A stretch of 64,000 nt of DNA from the human T2T-CHM13v2.0 reference genome, Homo sapiens, in assembly GCF_009914755.1 (NCBI RefSeq), contig NC_060933.1; one strand, written 5' to 3'. Of the stretch, positions 38,601-53,239 are shown piece after piece. Every line of letters begins with the position of its first letter. The first letter of the stretch is position 1. The position numbers and the translations under genes were made by a program. Under the pieces are notes generated by a model. The model did not search any database. It had not been told where the DNA came from and saw only the letters and a program-made list of their open reading frames with translations.

Positions 38601-41600
38601 TCCACTCCATTCCATTGCACTCGGGTTGATTCCATTCCATTCCATTCCATTCTATTACATTCCATTCCGGAAGATTCCATTCCATTGCATTCCGTTCCAT
38701 TCCATTCCCCTGCACTCGCGTTGATTCCATTCCATTCCATTCTATTCCATTCCATTCCCTTCCTTTCCATTCCATTCCATTCCATTCTATTCGGTTTAAT
38801 TCCATTCCATTCCATTCGATTGCAATCGAGTTGATTCCATTCCATTCCATTCCATTCCATTCCATTCCATTCCATTCCATTCCTTTCCATTCCATTACGG
38901 ATGATTCCATTCCATTGCATTCAATTCCATTCCATTCCCCTGTACTCGGGTTGATTCCATTCCATTCCATTCCAATCCATGCCATTCCACTCGTGTTGAT
39001 TCCATTCTTTCCATTCCATTCAATTTGAATCCATTCCATTGTATTCTTTTCCATTCGATTCCATTCGATTGCACTCGGGTTGATTCCATTCCATTGCATT
39101 CGATTCCATTCCAATCCATTCCATTCCATTCCATTCCGTTCCATTCCATTCCATTCCATTCCATTCCATTCCATTCCGTTCCGTTCCATTCCATTCCATT
39201 ACATTCGGATTGATTCTATTCAATTCCCTTACACTCCATTACATTCCATTCCTTTCGGGTAGTTTCCATTCCATTCCATGCCATTCCTCTCCATTCCATT
39301 GAACTCGGGTTGATTCCATTCCATTGCATTCCATTCCATTCCATTCAATTCCATTCCGTTCCATTCCATTCCATTACATTCGGATTGATTCTATTCAATT
39401 TCCTTACACTCCATTACATTCCATTCCATTCGGGTAGTTTCCATTCCATTCCATTCCATTCCACTCCATTGCATTGCACTCGGGTTGATTGCATTCCATT
39501 CCATTCCATTCCATTCCATTCCATTGTACTCGGGTTGATTCCATTCCATTCCATTCCATTCCATTCCATTCCATTCCATTCCGTTCCATTCCATTCCATT
39601 CCATGCGGATTGATTCTTTTCAACTCCCTTACTCTCCATTACATTCCATTCCATGTGGGTTGTTCCATTCCATTCCATTCCATTCCACTCCATTCCATTG
39701 CACTCGGGTTGATTCCATTCCATTCCATTCCATTCCATTCCGGATGATTCCATTCCCTTGCATTCCGTTCCATTACATTCCCCTGCACTCGGGTTGATTC
39801 CAATCCATTCCATTCCATTCCATTCCATTCGATTCCATTCCATTCCCCTGCCCTCGCGTTGATTCCATTCCATTCCATTCCATTCCATTCCATTCCATTC
39901 CATTCCAATCCTTTCCGTTCCATTCCATTCCATTCCATTCCATTCCGTTCCGTTCCGTTCCATTCCATTCCATTCCATTCTATTCGGGTTAATTCCATTC
40001 CATTCCATTCGATTGCAATCGAGTTGATTCCATTCCATTCCATTCCATTCCATTCCATTCCATTCCATTCCTTTCCATTCCATTACGGATTATTCCATTC
40101 CATTGCATTCCATTCCATTCCATTCCCCTGTATTCGGGTTGATTCCATTCCATTCCATTCCAATCCATGCCATTCCACTCGTGTTGATTCCATTCTTCCC
40201 ATTCCATTCAAGTTGAATCCATTCCATTGCATTCCATTCTATTCGATTCCATTCGATTGCACTCGGGTTGATTCCATTCCATTGCATTCCATTCCATTCC
40301 ATTCCATTCCATTCCATTCCATTCCGTTCCATTCCATTACATTTGGATTATTTCTATTCAACTCGCTTACTCTCCATTACATTCCATTCCATTCGGTTTG
40401 TTCCATTCCATTCCATTCCATTCCACTCCATTCCACTGCACTCGGGTTGATTCCATTCCATTCCATTCCATTCCGGAAGATTCCATTCCATTGCATTCCA
40501 TTACATTCCATTCCCCTGCACTCGCGTTGTTTCCGTTCCATTCCATTCCATTCCATTCCATTCCATTCCATTCCATTCGATTGCAATCGAGTTGATTCCA
40601 TTCCATTCCATTCCATTCCATTCCATTCCATTCCGTTCCGTTCCATTCCATTCCATTCCATTCCATTCCATTCCGTTCCGTTCCATTCCGTTGCATTCCA
40701 TTCCATTCCATTCTATTCGGGTTAATTCCATTCCATTCCATTAGAATGCAATCGAGTTGATTCCATTCCATTCCATTCCACTCCATTGCATTCCATTCCA
40801 TTCCGTTCCGTTCCGTTCCGTTCCGTTCCATTCCATTCCATTCCATTCTATTCTGGTTAATTCCATTCCATTCCATTCCATTCCATTCTATTCCATTCCA
40901 TTGCAATCGAGTTGAATCCATTGCATTCCATTCCATTCCATTCCATTCCATTCCATTCCATTCCATTCCGGAAGATTCCATTCCATTTCATTCCATTCCA
41001 TTCCATTCCCCTGCACTCGCGTTTATTCTTTTCAGTTCCATTCCATTCCATTCCATTCCGTTCCGTTCCGTTCCATTCCATTCCATTCCATTCCATTCCT
41101 TTCCGTTCCGTTCCATTCCGTTCCATTCCATTCCATTCCATTCTATTCGGGTTAATTCCATTCCATTCCATTCGAATGCAATCGAGTTGATTCCATTCCA
41201 TTCCATTCCATTGCATTCCATTCCATTCCATTCCATTCCATTCCATTCCATTCCGTTCCATTACATTACGGATGATTCCATTCCATTGCATTCCATTCCA
41301 TTCCATTCCCCTGTACTCGGGTTGATTCCATTCCATTCCATTCCATTCCATGGTATTCCACTCGTGTTGATTCCATTCTTTCCATTCCATTCAAGTTGAA
41401 TCCATTCCATTGCATTCCATTCCATTCGATTCCATTCCATTGCACTCGGGTTTATTCCATTCCATTGCATTCCATTCCATTCCATTCCATTCCATTCCAT
41501 TCCGTTCCATTCCATTCCATTACATTCGGATTGATTCTATTCAATTCCCTTACACTCCATCACATTCCATTCCATTCGGGTAGTTTCCATTCCATTCCAT

Positions 41601-44600
41601 TCCATTCCTCTCCATTCCATTGCACTCGGGTTGATTCCATTCCATTCCATTCCATTCCATTCCATTCCATTCCATTCCGTTCCATTGCATTCCATAACTT
41701 TCGGATTGATTCTTTTCAACTCCCTTACTCTCCATTACATTCCATTCCATTCGGGTTGTTCCATTCCATTCCATTCCATTCCACTCCATTCCATTGCACT
41801 CGGGTTGATTCCATTCCATTCCATTCCATTCCATTCGTTTCCATTCCATTCCAATTCTTTCCATTCCATTCTATTCCGTACCATTCCATTCCATTCCATA
41901 CAATTCCATTCAATTCCATTCCATTCCATTCCATTCCATTCCGTTCCGTTCCGTTCCATTCCGTTCCGTTCCGTTCCGTTCCATTCCATTCCATTCCATT
42001 CTATTCGGGTTAATTCCATTCCATTCCATTCCATTCCATTCTATTCCATTCCATTGCAATGGAGTTGAATCCATTGCATTCCATTCCATTCCATTCCATT
42101 CCATTCCATTCCATTCCGGAAGATTCCATTCCATTGCATTCCATTCCTTTCCATTCCCCTGCACTCGGGTTTATTCTTTTCAGTTCCATTCCATTCCATT
42201 CCATTCCATTCCGTTCCGTTCCATTCCATTCCATTCCATTCCATTCCATTCCTCTCCATTCCATTGCACTCGGGTTGATTCCATTCCATTCCATTCCATT
42301 CCTTTCCATGCCATTCCATTCCGTTCCATTCCATTCCATTACTTTCGGATTGATTCTTTTCAACTCCCTTACTCTCCATTACATTCCATTCCATTCGGGT
42401 TGTTCCATTCCATTCCATTCGGGTTGTTCCGTTCCATTCCATTCCATTCCACTCCATTTCATTGCACTCGGGTTGATTCCATTGCATTCCATTCCATTCC
42501 ATTCCATTCCGGATGATTCCATTCCATTGCATTCCGTTCCATTACATTCCCCTGCACTCGGGTTGATTCCATTCCATTCCATTCCATTCCGTTCGATTCC
42601 ATTCCATTCCCCTGCAATCGCGTTGATTCCATTCCATTCCATTCCATTCCATTCCATTCCTTTCCGTTCCATTCCATTCCATTCCATTCCGTTCCGTTCC
42701 GTTCCATTCCATTCCATTCCATTCTATTCGGGTTACTTCCATTCCATTCCATTCGATTGCAATCGAGTTGATTCCATTCCATTCCATTCCATTCCGTTCC
42801 ATTCCATTCCATTCCATTCCTTTCCATTCCATTACGGATGATTCCATTCCATTGCATTCCATTCCATTCCATTCCCCTGTACTCGGGTTGATTCCATTCC
42901 ATTCCATTCCAATCCATGCCATTCCAATCGTGTTGATTCCATTCTTTCCATTCCATTCACGTTGAATCCATTACATTGCATTCCATTCCATTCCATTCCC
43001 CTGCAGTCCGGTTGATTCCATTCTATTCCATTCCATTCTATTCCATTCCATTCCGTTCCGTTCCGTTCCATTCCATTCCATTCCATTCTATTCGGGTTAA
43101 TTCCATTCCATTCCATTCCATTCCATTCCATTCCATTCCAATCGAGTTGATTCCATTCCATTCCATTCCATTCCATTCCACTCCATTCCAGTCCTTTCCA
43201 TTCCATTCCACTCGGGTTGATTCCATTGTATTCCTTTCCATTCCATTCCATTCCATTGCAATCGAGTTGATTCCATTGCTTTGCATTCCATTCCATTCCA
43301 TTCCATTCCGGATGATTCCATTCCATTGCATTCCATTACATTCCATTCCCCTGCACTCGGGTTGATTCCATTCCATTCCACTCCATTCCGTTCCATTCCA
43401 TTCCATTCCATTGTATTCGGGTTAATTCCATTCCATTCCATTCCATTCCATTCCATTCCATTCCATTCCAATCCTTTACAATCGAGTTGATTCCATTCCA
43501 TTCCATTCCATTCCATTCCATTCCATTCCATTCCATTCCTTTCCATTACATTACGGATTATTCCATTCCATTGCATTCCATTCCATTCCATTCCCCTGTA
43601 CTCGGGTTTATTTCAATCCATTCCATTCCATTCCATGCCATTCCACTCGTGTTGATTCCATTCTTTCCATTCCATTCAAGTTGAATCCATTCCATTGCAT
43701 TCCATTCCATTCGATTCCATTCGATTGCAGTCGGGTTGATTCCATTCCATTGCATTCCATTCCATTCGGTTCCATTCCATTACTTTCGGATTGATTCTAT
43801 TCAATTCCCTTACACTCCATTACATTCCATTCCATTCGGGTAGTTTCCATTCCATTCCATTCCATTCCTCTCCATTCCATTGCACTCGGGTTGATTCCAT
43901 TCCATTCCATTCCATTCCATTCCATTCCATTCCATTCCATTCCGGATGATTCCATTGCATTGAATTCCATTCCATTCCATTCCCCTGCACTTGGGTTGAT
44001 TCCATTCCATTCCATTCCATTCCTTTCCGTTCCATTCCATTCCATTCAATTCCATTCCATTCTGTTCGTGTTCATTCCATTCCATTCTATTCCATTCCAT
44101 TCCATTGAAATCGAGTTGATTCCATTCAATTCCATTCAATTCCATTCCATTCTGGATGATTCCATTCCATTGCATTCCATTCCATTCCATTCCCCTGCAC
44201 TCGGGTTGAATCCATTCCATTCCATTCCATTACATTCCGTTCCATTCCATTCCATTCTATTCGGGTTAATTCCATTCCATTCCATTCCACTCCATTCCAG
44301 TCCTTTCCATTCCATTCCTCTCGGGTTGATTCCATTCTATTCCTTTCCATTCCATTCCATTCCATTGCAATTGAGTTGATTCCATTCGAGTTGAATCCAT
44401 TCCATTCCATTCCATTCCATTACATTGCACACAGGTTCATTCCATTCCATTCCATTAAATTCCATTCCATTCCATTTCATTCCATTCCATTCTATTCCGT
44501 AAAATTCCATTCCATCCCATTCCATTCCATTCCATTCCATTCCATGCCATTGCACTCGGGTTGATTCCATTCCTTTCCATTCCATTCTTGTTGAATCCAT

Positions 44601-45749
44601 TCCATTCCATTCCATTCCATTCCATTCGAATCCATTCCATTGCACTCGGGTTGATTCCATTCCATTCCACTCCATTCCATTTCATTCCATTCCATTCTAT
44701 TACATTCGGATTGATTCTATTCAATTCCCTTACACTCCATTACATTCCATTCCATTTGGGATGTTTCCATTCCATTCCATTCCATTCCATTCCACTCCAT
44801 TCCATTGCATTGGGTTGATTGCATTCCATTCCATTCCATTCCATTCCGGATGATTCCATTCCATTGCATTCCATTCCATTCCATTCCCCTGCACTCGGGT
44901 TGATTACATTCCATTCCATTCCCTTCCATTCGTTTCCATTCCATTCCACTCCATTGCAATCGAGTTGATTCCATTCCATTCCATTCCATTCCATTCCATT
45001 CCATTCCATTCCATTCCATTCCATTCCGGATGATTGCATTCCATTGCATTCCATTCCATTCCATTCCCCTGCACTCGGGTTGATTCCATTCCATTTCATT
45101 CCATTACATTCCGTTCCATTCCATTCCATTCCATTCTATTCGGGTTAATTCCATTCGATTCCATTAAAATTCCATTCCATTCCATTCCATTGCAATCGAG
45201 TTGATTCCATTCCATTCCATTCCATTCCATTCCAATCGATTTGATTCCATTCCATTCCATTCCATTCCACTCCATTCCAGGCCTTTCCATTCCATGCCAC
45301 TCGGGTTGATTCCATTCTATTCCTTTCCATTCCATTCCATTCCTTTGAAATCGAGTTGATTCCTTTCGAGTTGAATCCATTCCATTCCATTCCATTCCAT
45401 TCCATTCCATTCCATTCCATTTCGTTCAATTCCATTCTATTCCGTACTATTCCATTCCATTCCATTCCATTCCATTCCATTCCATTCCAATCGTGTTGAT
45501 TCCATTCCTTTCCCTTCCATTCGGTTTGAAGCCATTCCATTCCATTCAATTCCACTCCATTCCATTCCATTCCATTCCATTCCATTCCATTCCATTCCAT
45601 TCCATTGTATTCGGGTTGATTCCATTCCATCGCATTCCATTCCATTCCATTCCATTCCATTCCGTTCCATTCCATTCCATTACATTCGGATTGATTCTAT
45701 TCAACTCCCTTACTCTCCATTACATTCCATTCCATTCGGGTTGTTCCAT

Positions 45750-48700
45750 TCCATTCCATTCCATTCCACTCCATTCCATTGCACTCGGGTTGATTCCATT
45801 CCATTCCATTCCATTCCATTCCGGATGATTCCATTCCCTTGCATTCCGTTCCATTACATTCCCCTGCACTCGGGTTGATTCCAATCCATTCCATTCCATT
45901 CCATTCCATTCGATTCCATTCCATTCCCCTGCCCTCGCGTTGATTCCATTCCATTCCATTCCATTCCATTCCATTCCATTCCATTCCAATCCTTTCCGTT
46001 CCTTTCCATTCCATTCCATTCCATTCCGTTCCGTTCCGTTCCATTCCATTCCATTCCATTCTATTCGGGTTAATTCCATTCCATTCCATTCGATTGCAAT
46101 CGAGTTGATTCCATTCCATTCCATTCCATTCCATTCCATTCCATTCCATTCCTTTCCATTCCATTACGGATTATTCCATTCCATTGCATTCCATTCCATT
46201 CCATTCCCCTGTACTCGGGTTGATTCCATTCCATTCCATTCCAATCCATGCCATTCCACTCGTGTTGATTCCATTCTTTCCATTCCATTCAAGTTGAATC
46301 CATTCCATTGCATTCCATTCTATTCGATTCCATTCGATTGCACTCGGGTTGATTCCATTCCATTGCATTCCATTCCATTCCATTCCATTCCATTCCATTC
46401 CATTCCGTTCCATTCCATTACATTTGGATTGTTTCTATTCAACTCCCTTACTCTCCATTACATTCCATTCCATTCGGTTTGTTCCATTCCATTCCATTCC
46501 ATTCCACTCCATTCCACTGCACTCGGGTTGATTCCATTCCATTCCATTCCATTCCGGAAGATTCCATTCCATTGCATTCCATTACATTCCATTCCCCTGC
46601 ACTCGCGTTGATTCCGTTCCATTCCATTCCATTCCATTCCATTCCATTCCATTCCATTCCTTTCCGTTCCATTCCATTCCATTCCATTCCGTTCCGTTCC
46701 GTTCCGTTCCGTTCCATTCCATTCCATTCCATTCTATTCGGGTTAATTCCATTCCATTCCATTCGATTGCAATCGAGTTGATTCCATTCCATTCCATTCC
46801 ATTCCATTCCATTCCATTCCATTCCATTCCTTTCCATTCCATTACGGATGACTCCATTCCATTGCATTCCATTCCATTCCATTCCCCTGTACTCGGGTTG
46901 ATTCCATTCCATTCCATTCCATTCCATTCCATCCATTCCAATCCATTCCATTCCATTCCGGATGATTCCATTCCATTGCATTCCGTTCCATTACATTCCC
47001 CTACACTCGGGTTGATTCCATTCCATTCCATTCCATTCCATTCGTTTCCATTCCATTCGAATTCTTTCCATTCCATTCTATTCCGTACCAATCCATTCCA
47101 TTCCATACAATTCCATTCCATTCCATTCCATTCCATTCCATTCCATTCCATTCCGTTCCGTTCCGTTCCGTTCCGTTCCATTCCATTTTATTCCATTCTA
47201 TTCGGGTTAATTCCATTCCATTCCATTCCATTCCATTCTATTCCATTCCATTGCAATCGAGTTGAATCCATTGCATTCCATTCCATTCCATTCCATTCCA
47301 TTCCATTCCATTCCGGAAGATTCCATTCCATTGCATTCCATTCCATTCCATTCCCCTGCACTCGCGTTTATTCTTTTCAGTTCCATTCCATTCCATTCCA
47401 TTCCATTCCATTCCGTTCCGTTCCATTCCATTCCATTCCATTCCATTCCGTTCCGTTCCATTCCGTTGCATTCCATTCCATTCCATTCTATTCGGGTTAA
47501 TTCCATTCCATTCCATTAGAATGCAATCGAGTTGATTCCATTCCATTCCATTCCACTCCATTCCATTCCATTCCATTCCGTTCCGTTCCGTTCCGTTCCG
47601 TTCCATTCCATTCCATTCCATTCTATTCTGGTTAATTCCATTCCATTCCATTCCATTCCATTCTATTCCATTCCATTGCAATCGAGTTGAATCCATTGCA
47701 TTCCATTCCATTCCATTCCATTCCATTCCATTCCATTCCATTCCGGAAGATTCCATTCCATTTCATTCCATTCCATTCCATTCCCCTGCACTCGCGTTTA
47801 TTCTTTTCAGTTCCATTCCATTCCATTCCATTCCGTTCCGTTCCGTTCCATTCCATTCCATTCCATTCCATTCCTTTCCGTTCCGTTCCATTCCGTTCCA
47901 TTCCATTCCATTCCATTCTATTCGGGTTAATTCCATTCCATTCCATTCGAATGCAATCGAGTTGATTCCATTCCATTCCATTCCATTGCATTCCATTCCA
48001 TTCCATTCCATTCCATTCCATTCCATTCCATTCCGTTCCATTACATTACGGATGATTCCATTCCATTGCATTCCATTCCATTCCATTCCCCTGTACTCGG
48101 GTTGATTCCATTCCATTCCATTCCATTCCATTGTATTCCACTCGTGTTGATTCCATTCTTTCCATTCCATTCAAGTTGAATCCATTCCATTGCATTCCAT
48201 TCCATTCGATTCCATTCCATTGCACTCGGGTTTATTCCATTCCATTGCATTCCATTCCATTCCATTCCATTCCATTCCATTCCGTTCCATTCCATTCCAT
48301 TACATTCGGATTGATTCTATTCAATTCCCTTACACTCCATCACATTCCATTCCATTCGGGTAGTTTCCATTCCATTCCATTCCATTCCTCTCCATTCCAT
48401 TGCACTCGGGTTGATTCCATTCCATTCCATTCCATTCCATTCCATTCCATTCCATTCCGTTCCATTGCATTCCATAACTTTCGGATTGATTCTTTTCAAC
48501 TCCCTTACTCTCCATTACATTCCATTCCATTCGGGTTGTTCCATTCCATTCCATTCCATTCCACTCCATTCCATTGCACTCGGGTTGATTCCATTCCATT
48601 CCATTCCCTTCCATTCGTTTCCATTCCATTCCAATTCTTTCCATTCCATTCTATTCCGTACCATTCCATTCCATTCCATACAATTCCATTCCATTCCATT

Positions 48701-50410
48701 CCATTCCATTCCATTCCATTCCGTTCCGTTCCGTTCCATTCCGTTCCGTTCCGTTCCGTTCCATTCCATTCCATTCCATTCTATTCGGGTTAATTCCATT
48801 CCATTCCATTCCATTCCATTCTATTCCATTCCATTGCAATGGAGTTGAATCCATTGCATTCCATTCCATTCCATTCCATTCCATTCCATTCCATTCCATT
48901 CCGGAAGATTCCATTCCATTGCATTCCATTCCTTTCCATTCCCCTGCACTCGGGTTTATTCTTTTCAGTTCCATTCCTTTCCATTCCATTCCATTCCGTT
49001 CCGTTCCATTCCATTCCATTCCATTCCATTCCATTCCTCTCCATTCCATTGCACTCGGGTTGATTCCATTCCATTCCATTCCATTCCTTTCCATGCCATT
49101 CCATTCCGTTCCATTCCATTCCATTACTTTCGGATTGATTCTTTTCAACTCCCTTACTCTCCATTACATTCCATTCCATTCGGGTTGTTCCATTCCATTC
49201 CATTCGGGTTGTTCCGTTCCATTCCATTCCATTCCACTCCATTTCATTGCACTCGGGTTGATTCCATTGCATTCCATTCCATTCCATTCCATTCCGGATG
49301 ATTCCATTCCATTGCATTCCGTTCCATTACATTCCCCTGCACTCGGGTTGATTCCATTCCATTCCATTCCATTCCGTTCGATTCCATTCCATTCCCCTGC
49401 ACTCGCGTTGATTCCATTCCATTCCATTCCATTCCATTCCATTCCATTCCATTCCTTTCCGTTCCATTCCATTCCATTCCGTTCCGTTCCGTTCCATTCC
49501 ATTCCATTCCATTCTATTCGGGTTACTTCCATTCCATTCCATTCGATTGCAATCGAGTTGATTCCATTCCATTCCATTCCATTCCGTTCCATTCCATTCC
49601 ATTCCATTCCTTTCCATTCCATTACGGATGATTCCATTCCATTGCATTCCATTCCATTCCATTCCCCTGTACTCGGGTTGATTCCATTCCATTCCATTCC
49701 AATCCATGCCATTCCAATCGTGTTGATTCCATTCTTTCCATTCCATTCACGTTGAATCCATTACATTGCATTCCATTCCATTCCATTCCCCTGCAGTCCG
49801 GTTGATTCCATTCTATTCCATTCCATTCTATTCCATTCCATTCCATTCCATTCCAGATGATTCCATTCCATTGCATTCCATTACATTCCATTCCCCTGCA
49901 CTCGGGTTGATTCCATTCCATTCCACTCCATTCCGTTCCATTCCATTCCATTCCATTGTATTCGGGTTAATTCCATTCCATTCCATTCCATTCCATTCCA
50001 TTCCATTCCATTCCATTCCAATCCTTTACAATCGAGTTGATTCCATTCCATTCCATTCCATTCCATTCCATTCCATTCCATTCCATTCCTTTCCATTACA
50101 TTACGGATTATTCCATTCCATTGCATTCCATTCCATTCCATTCCCCTGTACTCGGGTTTATTTCAATCCATTCCATTCCATTCCATGCCATTCCACTCGT
50201 GTTGATTCCATTCTTTCCATTCCATTCAAGTTGAATCCATTCCATTGCATTCCATTCCATTCGATTCCATTCGATTGCAGTCGGGTTGATTCCATTCCAT
50301 TCCATTACATTACTTTCCGTTCCATTCCATTCCATTCCATTCGGATTGATTCTATTCAATTCCCTTACACTCCATTACATTCCATTCCATTCGGATAGTT
50401 TCCATTCCTT
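45750..50410 (-). repeat. Near-tandem duplicate of ~39670-43860 (offsets ~6.08, ~6.78 and ~6.55 kb)
   Basis: Shared private variants: CCCCTGCCCTCGCG (39845/45926), CATTTGGATT (40340/46421), TTAGAATGCAATC (40741/47516), CCATAACTTTCGG (~41692/~48472), GGTTACTTCC (42731/49521), CTGCAGTCCG (43001/49791), ATCCTTTACA (43471/50021). Confidence 0.85.
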
Positions 50411-50890
50411 TCCATTCCATTCCTCTCTATTCCATTGCACTCGGGTTGATTCCATTCCATTCCATTCCATTCCATTCCATTCCATTCCATTCCATTCCAT
50501 TCCATTGTACTCGGGTTGATTCCATTCCATTGCATTACATTCCATTCCATTCCGTTCCATTCCATTCGTTTACATTCGGATTGATTCTATTCAACTCCTT
50601 TACTCTCCATTACATTCCATTCCATTCGGGTTGTTCCATTCCATTCCATTCCATTCCACTCATTTCCATTGCACTCGGGTTGATTCCATTCCATTCCATT
50701 CCATTCCATTCCGGATGATTCCATTCCATTGCATTCCGTTCCATTACATTCCCCTGCACTCGGGTTGATTCCATTCCATTCCATTCCATTCCATTCGATT
50801 CCATTCCATTCCAATTCTTTCCATTCCATTCTATTCCGTACCATTCCATTCCATTCCATACAATTCCATTCCATTCCATTCCATTCCATT

Positions 50891-50935
50891 CCGTTCCGTT
50901 CCGTTCCGTTCCGTTCCGTTCCGTTCCGTTCCGTT
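50891..50935. repeat. (CCGTT)9 CpG-bearing variant pentamer run
   Basis: Nine consecutive CCGTT units, the longest such run I saw. Shorter runs occur at ~52724-52753, ~47578-47602 and ~63961-63989. Confidence 0.9.
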
Positions 50936-53239
50936 CCACTCCATTCCATTCCATTCTATTCGGGTTAATTGCATTCCATTCCATTCCATTCCATTCTATT
51001 CCATTCCATTGCAATCGAGTTGAATCCATTGTATTCCATTCCATTCCATTCCATTGCATTCCATTCCGGAAGATTCCATTCCATTGCAATCCATTCCATT
51101 CCATTCCCCTGCACTCGCTTTGATTCCATTCCATTCCATTCCATTCCATTCCATTCCATTCCGTTCTGTTCCGTTCCATTCCATTCCATTCCATTCCGTT
51201 CCGTTGCGTTCCGTTCCATTCCATTCCATTCTATTCGGGTTAATTCCATTCCATTCCATTCGATTGCAATCGAGTTGATTCCATTCCATTCCATTCCATT
51301 CCATTCCATTCCATTCCATTCCGTTCCATTCCATTCCATTACATTCGGATTGATTCCATTCAATTCCCTTACACTTCATTACATTCCATCCCATTCGGGT
51401 AGTTTCCATTCCATTCCATTCCATTCCTCTCCATTCCATTGCACTCGGGTTAATTCCATTCCATTCCATTCCATTCCATTCCATTCCATTCCATTCTATT
51501 CCATTGTACTCGGGTTGATTCCATTCCATTGCATTCCATTCCATTCCATTACGTTCCATTCCATTCCATTATATTCGGGTTGATTCTATTCAACTCCCTA
51601 ACTCTCCATTACATTCCATTCCATTCATGTTGTTCCATTCCATTCCATTCCATTCCAATGCATTCCATTGCACTGTGGCTGATTCCATTCCATTCCATTC
51701 CATTCCATTCAATTCCGGATGATTCCATTCCATTGCATTCCGATCCATTACATTCCCCTGCACTCGGGTTGATTCCATTCCATTCCATTCCATTCCATTC
51801 CATAGCATTCCATTCGATTCCATTCCATTCCAATTCTTTCCATTCCATTCAATTCCGTACCATTCCATTCCATTCCATACAATTCCATTCCATTCCATTC
51901 CATTCCATTCCATTCCATTCCGTTCCGTTCCATTCCATTCCATTCCATTCTATTCCATTCCATTCCATTCCATTCCATTCCATTCCGTTCCATTCCTTTC
52001 CATTCCATTCTATTCCATTCTATTCCATTCCATTGCAATCGAGTTGAATCCATTGCATTCCATTCCATTCCATTGCATTCCATTCCGGAAGATTCCATTC
52101 CATTGCATTCCATTCCATTCCATTCCATTCCATTCCATTCCGTTGCATTCCATTCCATTACATTCGGATTGTTTCTATTCAACTCCCTTACTCTCGATTA
52201 CATTCCATTCCATTCGGGTTGTTCCATTCCATTCCATTCCATTCCACTGCATTCCATTGCACTCGGGTTGATTCAATTCCATTCCATTCCATTCCATTCC
52301 ATTCCGGATGATTCCAATCCATTGCATTCCGTTCCATTACATTCCCCTGCACTCGCGTTGATTCCATTCCATTCCATTCCATTCCATTCAATTCCATTCC
52401 ATTACAATTCTTTCCATTCCATTCTATTCCGTACCATTCCATTGCATTCCATACCATTGCATTCCATTCCATTCCATTCCATTCCATTCCATTCCATTCC
52501 GTTCTGTTCCGTTCCATTCCATTCCATTCCATTCTATTCGGGTTAATTCCATTCCATTCCATTCCATTCCATTCTATTCCATTCCATTGCAATCGAGTTG
52601 AATCCATTGCATTTCATTCCATTCCATTCCATTCCATTCCATTCCGGAAGATTCCATTCCATTGCATTCCGTTCCATTCCATTCCCCTGCACTCGCGTTG
52701 ATTCCATTCCATTCCATTCCATTCCGTTCCGTTCCGTTCCGTTCCGTTCCGTTCCATTCCATTCCATTCCATTCCATTCCGTTCTGTTCCATTCCATTCC
52801 ATTCCATTTTATTCGGGTTAATTCCATTCCATTCCATTCGATTGCAATCGTGTTCATTCCATTCCATTCCATTCCATTCCATTCCATTCCATTCCATTCC
52901 TTTCCATTCCATTACATATGATTCCATTCCATTCCCTTCCATTCCATTCCATTCCATTCCATTCCATTCCTTTCCATTACATTACGGATGATTCCATTCC
53001 ATTTCATTCCATTCCATTCCATTCCCCTGTACTCGGGTTGATTCCATTCCATTCCATTCCAATCCATGCCGTTCCACTCGTGTTGATTCCATTCTTTCCA
53101 TTCCATTCAAGTTGAATCCATTCCATTGCATTCCATTCCATTCGATTCCATTCGATTGCACTCGGGTTGATTCCATTCCATTGCATTCCATTCCATTCCA
53201 TTCCATTCCATTCCATTCCGTTCCATTCCATTCCATTAC

